Positions 34,777-41,149 of a stretch of DNA of 41,149 bases are shown one piece after another. The notes beneath the pieces are model-generated. The model was not told the DNA's origin and made no database searches. It saw nothing but the letters and a program-made list of their open reading frames with translations. Source of the DNA: a virus. How positions within the stretch are numbered: the first letter of the stretch is position 1; every line of letters starts with the position of its first letter. Made by a program: the position numbers and the translations under genes. The stretch lies in UHGV virus genome UHGV-0455966, one strand, 5' to 3'.

Positions 34777-35214
34777 TTAACCAGTTACTTTTGAGCGGAT
34801 CGGGTACGGCGTATTGGCATCAACATCCAGACTGATACCCGCAGTGAATTTGCCGGCCGTTAGTGGGCCAGTTGCGACGGAGTAGTTAACACGCAGATAT
34901 CGCTGAACACCGGCTGGCACCTTTGCAGAAACAACTCGCTTACCTGCTGTCAGGGTGGCCTTTGCCAACGCACCACTATCATAAATAGTGGTCCAAGAGC
35001 TGTTATTCTCACTCGTCTGCAACTGGATGTTTACAGTTGCCTCACCACTTGCCGTGGCGGCTTCGTTAACCAGCCCCCAAAACTCAAGCGGGTAACCCAC
35101 ACCGATATCGCGACGGTTTCCATCAATTGGACCGAGATCGATTACGTCAGTAGAAGCCGCGGTATCAGTTACCGCCTGTGCTTCGGAGAACATCAACAGT
35201 TTGTCGGTGATCAT
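34777..35214 (-). CDS. hypothetical virion protein (decoration or adaptor candidate)
   Basis: 145-aa ORF immediately after capsid gene. Confidence 0.45.
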   Translation of the reverse strand: MITDKLLMFSEAQAVTDTAASTDVIDLGPIDGNRRDIGVGYPLEFWGLVNEAATASGEATVNIQLQTSENNSSWTTIYDSGALAKATLTAGKRVVSAKVPAGVQRYLRVNYSVATGPLTAGKFTAGISLDVDANTPYPIRSKVTG

Positions 35215-35265
35215 CTTCTTTCTCCATTAGTGGGTCTGTTACGACCCACAGGTTAATAACAGGCG

Positions 35266-36258
35266 TTACACCACGCGGGCTTCTGTTTCCAGAAGCGCAT
35301 CAGTTTCACGGATTGGTACACCACGGAATGACGTCCACCACTCGCCTTCAGTCTCTTTTACGCTAATCGCCAGAGATGTTTTCTCCAGAGACTGCAGATC
35401 AAGAGCCTGGCCTACAGTGCGGTTCATGTAGAACACCGGGCGACCCATGCCACGGTTTGGAATGCGATGCAGTGCTTTAACCATCAACTTCGCAATATTT
35501 GCGGCAGAGGAAGGTTCTGAAAGATTGCTGACATCGATGTTTGCAATGCGAACAACATAACGCCAGTCACGCAGAGCAAGTCCGTTATCCCATTTGTAAT
35601 GGGTGCGATAGCCTTCGTACTTGCCGCCATTAGCATCTTCCAGTGTCACCTGGCCTTTATCTTCCATCTGGATGCCAGCCTTCTGCCCTTTCGGGAAGAT
35701 GCCATGCACGGTGTTTTCGCCCCACACTACTAACCAGATTGAGGTGTTATCTGTACCCGTGCCACCAGCATCAATGATGTTCTGAGCATTACCCGCAGAC
35801 AGGCTGGAATAGCGGGAGGACAGTCCCATAAACTGCTGAGGGTTAACGCTGGAATCACCATAAAACAGTGTCTGCGCCATCTGCTGATTCATCGCTTCAA
35901 TAAATGCGCGGTCTTCAGACAGGCGGAATTCGGCGGTATTACCGTTCAGATCAGCCAGTGACTTATCGACTTCAGCATAGGTTTCCAGCATTCCAACGGA
36001 ATCGGTGACCTGCACTGTGGTTGATTTGCTTGGCTGTACGCCATAGTTCAGCAAACGCCAGGTGGCTGAAGGTAAACCAGAACGAATGGTGGTTCGGTGT
36101 CCGGTAGGAAGGTTCCCTTCGACAAAAGGCATATCCTGAAGGATCGGGTTAGTTTGACCGAGAAGCTCGATAATCTTATCGACTTTCCCGTTTGGATCGA
36201 CGCGCTTACCCCAGTCAGCCAGCGTTAGCGCAGTTAAGCCTTTAACAGCCATTGTCAT
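35266..36258 (-). CDS. major capsid protein
   Basis: 330 aa, follows scaffold gene, strong codon bias; T7 gp10-like size and position. Confidence 0.7.
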   Translation of the reverse strand: MTMAVKGLTALTLADWGKRVDPNGKVDKIIELLGQTNPILQDMPFVEGNLPTGHRTTIRSGLPSATWRLLNYGVQPSKSTTVQVTDSVGMLETYAEVDKSLADLNGNTAEFRLSEDRAFIEAMNQQMAQTLFYGDSSVNPQQFMGLSSRYSSLSAGNAQNIIDAGGTGTDNTSIWLVVWGENTVHGIFPKGQKAGIQMEDKGQVTLEDANGGKYEGYRTHYKWDNGLALRDWRYVVRIANIDVSNLSEPSSAANIAKLMVKALHRIPNRGMGRPVFYMNRTVGQALDLQSLEKTSLAISVKETEGEWWTSFRGVPIRETDALLETEARVV

Positions 36259-36266
36259 TTCCTCTC

Positions 36267-36968
36267 TTATTTGCCATAGAGCACTTCGGCCGCACTACGC
36301 TGGCCTTCATTACCACCGGTGACCATGCCATCTTCAGACATCGCCTTTCCGATTTTCACGAACGTTTTGACCAGATCAGGGTGATTACCCAGTCCGGTGG
36401 TGTTCAGATATTCTTTGAGTTCAGGTGTCCCGAACTGGTCAAGCGCACGCTGTGCGGCGCTAAGGTTAGAAATCAACTTGTCGCCACCGATTTCTTTGTC
36501 AGCTTTTACATCAGCAGCCCACTGCTCGGTTGTTTTCTGCCAGGCTTCTGCCTGGCGCTGCTGCACACCTGCCAGAATCTTCGGATAAGCATCAACCAGC
36601 TTTTGCGCTTGCTCGTTGGTCAGGTTAAGTTCTCGCGCCACCGGCTCGAACTCCTTCAACGCTTCTGTATCCAGCTCTACGCCTTCGGCAGCCTGAAACT
36701 CGTACTTCTCAGGCGCACCCTCTGGTTTATCGCCGTCCTTTTTTTCATCCTGCTTATCGTTTTCAGGCTTTTTGTCATCAGCAGGTTTATCGCCATCAGC
36801 AACAGGTTGTGGCTTATCACCTTCCTGTTGTGATGGATCACCAACTGGAGCAGGGTTATCACCTGCAGGCGCTAACGGTTCTGACGCAGCCGGAGCTGCT
36901 CCACCATCGACTGGTTGCTCATTGCAAAGACGGCGATACAGCAAACGCTCAAATAAATTCATGATCAC
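36267..36968 (-). CDS. capsid scaffolding protein
   Basis: Highly acidic, Pro/Asp/Lys-rich, helical protein between portal and capsid genes. Confidence 0.6.
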   Translation of the reverse strand: MIMNLFERLLYRRLCNEQPVDGGAAPAASEPLAPAGDNPAPVGDPSQQEGDKPQPVADGDKPADDKKPENDKQDEKKDGDKPEGAPEKYEFQAAEGVELDTEALKEFEPVARELNLTNEQAQKLVDAYPKILAGVQQRQAEAWQKTTEQWAADVKADKEIGGDKLISNLSAAQRALDQFGTPELKEYLNTTGLGNHPDLVKTFVKIGKAMSEDGMVTGGNEGQRSAAEVLYGK

Positions 36969-37261
36969 TCCTGTTCACTGGCCTCTTTGGCCATCTTCAA
37001 ATACTGTTCAGGGCAATGCGCCATAACGCGCTGAAACAGTTCCAGCGCCAGATTGCGTTGCCCCTCATTAAATGCCATTGCCATAGCGTCCATCGGTGAG
37101 ATAGCGGAAAACACCCGGCCTTTCTCCAGCACAGACCAGACAACGCGACGCCCCTGTTCACTGCTCATGACAAAGCGAATGTCATCAATTTCACGCTGTG
37201 CCATGTCACGTTGCTTACTGGCGTTTTCTTCTTTCAGTTGATCATCTTCGTAATCTGTCAT
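36965..37261 (-). CDS. hypothetical small protein
   Basis: 98-aa ORF coupled between portal and scaffold genes. Confidence 0.4.
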   Translation of the reverse strand: MTDYEDDQLKEENASKQRDMAQREIDDIRFVMSSEQGRRVVWSVLEKGRVFSAISPMDAMAMAFNEGQRNLALELFQRVMAHCPEQYLKMAKEASEQE

Positions 37262-38937
37262 TGTGATTGCCCACCCTGACCACTAACTGCATTCGCCATA
37301 GCTGACAAAACACTCGGATCCGAAGTTTTAGCTTCGCTTAGCGTCTTGGCACCCTGTGCCGCCGCCATCCCCATCGCCATCATTTGTTGCTGCTGTTGTT
37401 GCTGTGCCCGTTGCTGGCGAGCCTGCTCAACCTGTTCCTGCGGAACAATGACGGTTGGAGACACTCCGGACATATCAGCGAATGCATCGATCGCCTGATC
37501 AACGTTGAGTTTGTCGAGAGCTTCTGGTTTCGCTTGCGCAAGTTGACCAATGAAGTTAACCGTGGACGCCAGACTGGACAGGCCGATAGACTTCTGCGCC
37601 TGAGCCATGACAGAAATGTATTCGACCTTCAGGGGCATACCTTCCATCGCGTCAGGCGGTGGCGGCAGCATGTTTTTACGCACCATCATCGAGAAAGCGC
37701 GGTCAATGAGAGGATTAAGACATTCGTCGTTCAGACGCTCCAGAACCGGCCCCAACATCAGAAGTTTTTCTTCTTTCATTTCGATCACCGCTTCAACAGG
37801 CATCGAGCGGGTATTGATGTTCTGCAACATCATGAACAGATCGACAAAGTAGGCGCTGTTAATGATTTGGCGGGTGTCCTGAATGTCTGCTACCAGATCT
37901 GCTGTACTGGGGTTAACCAGATAAGCAGGCCTGAAACCATCCTGACCAGTAATCTGATCGATATACGTGATGTCGCCAGGAAGAAGGGAGGCGCGCTGAT
38001 TCTTGAGGGAAGTCGGAGCAACCATCGGCGGATTGGTGGCTTTATCAATCAACTGCGACTTGCGCTTCTGGAGAAGCTGCAATGCCTTAACAGGTCCAAG
38101 CGCCAGCATACCCGGGCATGATGATCCATAAACATCTTCGCCGTTAACTTCCCAGCGCGGAGCCATAATTGGAAACTCATCGAATCCGGACTCACGCAAC
38201 AACTTGTCGTTATCGCCACCAACCTCGTAATAAACCGATTTGAATGGCTTGTTCTTGCTATCCAGCTTCGATGTATCGCGGTCAATGTTCGGGTAAACCG
38301 AATGCATCACTTCAATCCACTTCTCGTAGGTGCCGCTTTCCCACATGCTTTTTACGGATTCGCTGACGTTATTTAGCCCGAACTCCCGAACAAGCTGACG
38401 AACAGTCATAGAGAACTTGCGAAAACAGGTGTCCACACTGCCACGAGGTGAGTTAGCCAGGTAGTAACTGCCTATCGGGAATGGCATTGTGCGAATGATG
38501 TCCTCGTCATCCTCCAGCACCGCCATTGCACCAGTGCTGTATGTGCCGAGGCTTCCGTATAACTGCGGAAGAGACTGGTAGAGATTCGACTTATTGAACA
38601 TATCGTTCATGCGGTTCTGCACCGCCTCAAGCCACAACTTAACAGGGCCATAATCCATCATTTCAGGATCTGGCGTAGCCAGGCGAAACCACGGACGCGC
38701 GGGGCTTGTGATGCCTGACATCATGCCGCTGGCGAGAGTGCGCGCCGCCATAGTCCCGGTCGAATCAATAATGCGTGTATTGCGTCGATCGTTACGGTTG
38801 ACCTCAGAAGTAAGAAAGCGGGAACCACGCGGGTTGATGTAATCACTCAACTCGCGCCAGTGCGGCTCGAACGACTGACGCTCGCTTTCAAGTTGTGCGA
38901 ACTGTTTGTTCAATCGCTCTTTAGTTGTTTCCGCCAT
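37258..38937 (-). CDS. portal protein (T7 gp8-like head-tail connector)
   Basis: 559 aa; Gln/Ala/Met-rich C-terminal tail QQRAQQQQQQQMMAMGMAAAQGAK like T7 gp8 C-terminus; first large gene after terL. Confidence 0.7.
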   Translation of the reverse strand: MAETTKERLNKQFAQLESERQSFEPHWRELSDYINPRGSRFLTSEVNRNDRRNTRIIDSTGTMAARTLASGMMSGITSPARPWFRLATPDPEMMDYGPVKLWLEAVQNRMNDMFNKSNLYQSLPQLYGSLGTYSTGAMAVLEDDEDIIRTMPFPIGSYYLANSPRGSVDTCFRKFSMTVRQLVREFGLNNVSESVKSMWESGTYEKWIEVMHSVYPNIDRDTSKLDSKNKPFKSVYYEVGGDNDKLLRESGFDEFPIMAPRWEVNGEDVYGSSCPGMLALGPVKALQLLQKRKSQLIDKATNPPMVAPTSLKNQRASLLPGDITYIDQITGQDGFRPAYLVNPSTADLVADIQDTRQIINSAYFVDLFMMLQNINTRSMPVEAVIEMKEEKLLMLGPVLERLNDECLNPLIDRAFSMMVRKNMLPPPPDAMEGMPLKVEYISVMAQAQKSIGLSSLASTVNFIGQLAQAKPEALDKLNVDQAIDAFADMSGVSPTVIVPQEQVEQARQQRAQQQQQQQMMAMGMAAAQGAKTLSEAKTSDPSVLSAMANAVSGQGGQSQ

Positions 38938-38951
38938 TTCAATGACTCCGG

Positions 38952-39158
38952 TTACTGACCAAGCAGCGTTTTACCGCTGGTCTTAGCGGTTGATGTGTCG
39001 CCCTGAGAACCGGTAAGCAGCGTAGAACTACGACCAGCAGCAGCGCGACGGCGACGAGTTTCTTCGTCGCGGGCATCAACAACGGCGGCATCCTGCTCCT
39101 GTGGTGCTGCCTGAACTTCTGGTGTTGCAGGCACTGATGGTGAGCTACCCATGCACAT
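38952..39158 (-). CDS. hypothetical small protein upstream of portal
   Basis: GGAG RBS; Ala/Arg-rich 68 aa; overlapping ORF 38939-39178 in another frame judged less likely. Confidence 0.4.
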   Translation of the reverse strand: MCMGSSPSVPATPEVQAAPQEQDAAVVDARDEETRRRRAAAGRSSTLLTGSQGDTSTAKTSGKTLLGQ

Positions 39159-39197
39159 ATCAATGACTCCGTACGCAATTAAATTATTACCAATTTA

Positions 39198-39263
39198 ACC
39201 ACATATGATTTATTTATCGTAGATAGTTGACATTTAACGCACAAATTATTACCTTTCAGGTAA
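39198..39263 (+). promoter_or_regulatory. promoter-like module: AACCACATA box, TTGACA, palindrome TTACC-tttca-GGTAA
   Basis: AACCACATA 39198-39206, TTGACA 39227-39232, palindrome 39249-39263; upstream of structured region and tRNA. Confidence 0.5.
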
Positions 39264-39585
39264 CCAAAGAGTTCATTCCGGTTACTAACCTGACTGGCTT
39301 GTCGTTAAATTGAACAGGTGGAGTGAGCTTTTATTTTGAGCAGTACGGCGTATGGCACATGCGCCGATAGCGGTCTGGATACGTTTAAGGGGCACCCTCC
39401 CTTGCTCGGGCAAACGAACCAGGTAGCCGGAATGTGCAAGTCGAGCGGTTTTATTCCGCGCACGGGGATTCACCATCCCGGCGATTCGGTGTGACGCCTC
39501 GGAAGAGACGAGGGTACAACGATGAGAGCATTTATGGAGCCGCGACAAAGTGTGGTGCCTTAACAGGCTAAGTGCTCTCAGCGTT

Positions 39586-39662
39586 GTGGCATTAGCTCAG
39601 TTGGACAGAGCAACCGCCTTCTAAGCGGTTGGTCGCAGGTTCGAATCCTGCATGCCGCGCCA
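39586..39662 (+). tRNA. tRNA-Arg (anticodon UCU)
   Basis: Hand-folded cloverleaf: acceptor GTGGCAT/ATGCCGC, D-stem GCTC/GAGC, anticodon stem ACCGC/GCGGT with loop CUUCUAA, T-arm GCAGG-TTCGAAT-CCTGC, discriminator G, encoded CCA. Confidence 0.85.
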
Positions 39663-39705
39663 GAATCACGCCTAAGGACCGTGATGCCAGAAGTTCCAGG
39701 GGCTT

Positions 39706-39748
39706 GGCGGTGATGGTTTCCCTTGAAGGACTATCACCGCCCTTTTTA
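39706..39748 (+). terminator. hairpin plus T-run downstream of tRNA
   Basis: GGCGGTGAT ... ATCACCGCC then CTTTTT. Confidence 0.5.
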
Positions 39749-39825
39749 CAGCAGGACGCCATTGCGATGACTTCATGCTGTAAACCCGTACAGCCACGGA
39801 AGGCATAACTCATTGCTTCCAGTTC

Positions 39826-39849
39826 GCCCGGTTCGCCGGGCATTTTTTT
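39826..39849 (+). terminator. strong intrinsic terminator (UUCG tetraloop)
   Basis: GCCCGG-ttcg-CCGGGC followed by ATTTTTTT. Confidence 0.7.
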
Positions 39850-39865
39850 GCCTGATGACCACAAA

Positions 39866-39883
39866 TTACCTTAAAGGTATAAT
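39866..39883 (+). promoter_or_regulatory. imperfect palindrome TTACC-ttaaa-GGTAT overlapping a perfect TATAAT
   Basis: TATAAT at 39878-39883 ends 1 nt before ATG 39885. Confidence 0.45.
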
Positions 39884-39884
39884 C

Positions 39885-40733
39885 ATGAAAAACTTTAAGG
39901 TAATTAGTATGTTCGAATCGTTCAAAGAGCTGTTTTTATCTACTGCCAATACTGCCGTGCATCGAGCTAAAAACCCTGTGCTAGGTGCTTTTGTTATGTC
40001 CTGGTGCGCCTTCAACTGGAAATCACTTCTTTATCTATTTTTTAGCAAATCAAATATAATAGATAAAATTTCATACATCTCAGATAACAGCACATGGAAA
40101 ACTGTTATGTTTTATCCATGCTTATCTGTAATTACTATCTGCTGCCTATTACCATGGGTAAACAATATCATTAACGTATGGCAAGCAAAGCCTCTTGATA
40201 ATAATGACTCAATCGAAAATCACCGGAAGGCAAGAAAAATACAACGTGAAACACGGCTACAGAGATTGCTGGCTAAAAAAGACATTACTTACGAAAAAGT
40301 AAAAACAGGCGCTGAAAAAAACATTCAAGACATGAAAGAGGAAATAATTCTTTCAAAAGACAGAATGGGACAACTCACATCTGAATTGAAAGAGAGGGAG
40401 ACAGAACTGCGCGCAGCACAAGCTCGTATTTTAGAATTATCTAAGGTTATTCATGAAACAACATCTAAACTAGAAAATCTAGAAAAAGCCCACAAAAATT
40501 TAAAAAACGAATATGAGTCCTATAAGAAAAACATTCCTTTGGCAACAAATAATACAATTGCTAATGGGTTTGTAGGTCTAAAATCATTACAAGACCTTAA
40601 TGAGTCCGTAAAGAAACTTGGCGTTACTGGAATTAACAATCCAGAAATCAGTACATTATTGAATAATCCTCTAGTAAATATAAATGGTGGTTTAAATTCC
40701 ACCCATCAAAGAAAATCAAAAACACAAAAGTAA
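39885..40733 (+). CDS. AT-rich accessory protein: two N-terminal TM helices + long coiled coil, unknown function
   Basis: ATG 39885 with AAGG RBS (track start 39813 lies inside a terminator); opposite strand to flanking late genes; low GC. Confidence 0.6.
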   Translation: MKNFKVISMFESFKELFLSTANTAVHRAKNPVLGAFVMSWCAFNWKSLLYLFFSKSNIIDKISYISDNSTWKTVMFYPCLSVITICCLLPWVNNIINVWQAKPLDNNDSIENHRKARKIQRETRLQRLLAKKDITYEKVKTGAEKNIQDMKEEIILSKDRMGQLTSELKERETELRAAQARILELSKVIHETTSKLENLEKAHKNLKNEYESYKKNIPLATNNTIANGFVGLKSLQDLNESVKKLGVTGINNPEISTLLNNPLVNINGGLNSTHQRKSKTQK

Positions 40734-40736
40734 AAA

Positions 40737-41149
40737 TCATTCAAATGGGTCATAGTCTGTTATAGCCCTGCCCTGCTGCTGCCGTGGGTCATTAGTTTTC
40801 TTGGCTACCGGGAACGCAAACGTCAGCAGTAGCGCATCGCCTTTACCCGGCGAACGCCCAAGCCGCTCCTTGATATCTTCCTTCGGTTCGATAACGATTT
40901 TACCGTCCACTCGAACTTTGTACTCTGCCGCCGACAGGTCGTCTGCTGTTTCCTGGTCATCCAGCATGCCGCCCAGCCTCAGCCATGTCTTGCATGAATT
41001 GAACATCTCCCCACGCTTGTTGAGCATCTGCGGGTCAGTAGACGCGCCACCGAACGGAACAAGTTGCCATGTACGACCCCATCCGTCACCGATTGACTTC
41101 AGACCGGTTCCGTAACCGAAGTCGATGAACACCGCGTCAGCCTGATACT
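40737..41149 (-). CDS. terL: terminase large subunit, C-terminal part (continues from window start)
   Basis: Frame continuous with 1-1057: position 1 (C) plus 41149-41148 (AG) form codon CAG joining ...RIADFED to YQADAVFIDFGYGTG... Confidence 0.8.
   Translation of the reverse strand, partial: YQADAVFIDFGYGTGLKSIGDGWGRTWQLVPFGGASTDPQMLNKRGEMFNSCKTWLRLGGMLDDQETADDLSAAEYKVRVDGKIVIEPKEDIKERLGRSPGKGDALLLTFAFPVAKKTNDPRQQQGRAITDYDPFE

Larger units (their letters stand above)
1..41149. mobile_element. complete temperate phage genome, circularly closed within the window (lambdoid early region + T7-like virion module)
   Basis: terL reading frame is continuous across the window end/start junction; int, repressor, replication, virion and lysis modules all present; no host-like flanks. 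Confidence 0.8.

Noticed and set aside
37384-38121. 245-aa plus-strand ORF inside the portal gene (similar cases at 14572-15228, 36252-36833, 33009-33698)
   Set aside because: Antisense to well-supported virion or lysis genes with no RBS or motifs; treated as shadow ORFs.
38939-39178. Alternative 79-aa ORF overlapping the small gene upstream of portal
   Set aside because: Low-complexity, implausible composition; the 38952-39158 frame has the GGAG RBS.
39264-39585. Possible second tRNA or pseudo-tRNA upstream of tRNA-Arg
   Set aside because: Hand folding gave no canonical acceptor/T-arm combination; only isolated hairpins. Left as structured non-coding sequence.
39813-39884. Track N-terminal extension of the AT-rich gene (start at 39813)
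   Set aside because: The extension runs through a strong terminator hairpin plus T-run; ATG 39885 has a proper AAGG RBS.
39586-40733. Shiga-toxin-like cargo next to the phage tRNA gene
   Set aside because: The tRNA-plus-cargo layout recalls Stx-phage tRNA regions, but no A or B toxin subunit-like ORFs are present.

Overview
The window reads as one complete, circularly closed temperate phage genome of about 41.1 kb with no host flanks. The terminase large-subunit gene runs off the window start on the minus strand and resumes in frame at the window end. The genome is a mosaic: a lambdoid-style immunity/replication/recombination region (dual-HTH repressor lacking an S24 autopeptidase motif, Cro-like gene, O-like initiator with iterons inside the gene, P-like helicase loader, PD-(D/E)XK nuclease + RecT/Bet-like annealase, AlpA/Xis-like protein, P4-type tyrosine integrase) joined to a T7-like podovirus virion module (portal, scaffold, capsid, tail tubular A/B, internal virion proteins, gp17-like tail fibre) and a holin/GH19 endolysin/Rz-Rz1 lysis cassette. 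Accessory content of most interest: a 15-bp palindrome TTACC-N5-GGTAA found at 9 perfect and 4 imperfect intergenic sites; a LexA-box-controlled small antirepressor-like gene; a structured GC-rich RNA-like leader upstream of a BRO-N antirepressor; a two-gene toxin-antitoxin-like cassette; an AT-rich operon of two membrane proteins; a secreted Cys-rich protein; and a tRNA-Arg(UCU) plus an AT-rich membrane/coiled-coil gene inserted between terL and portal. All protein family calls are from reading the translations by eye; no database search or computation was run.
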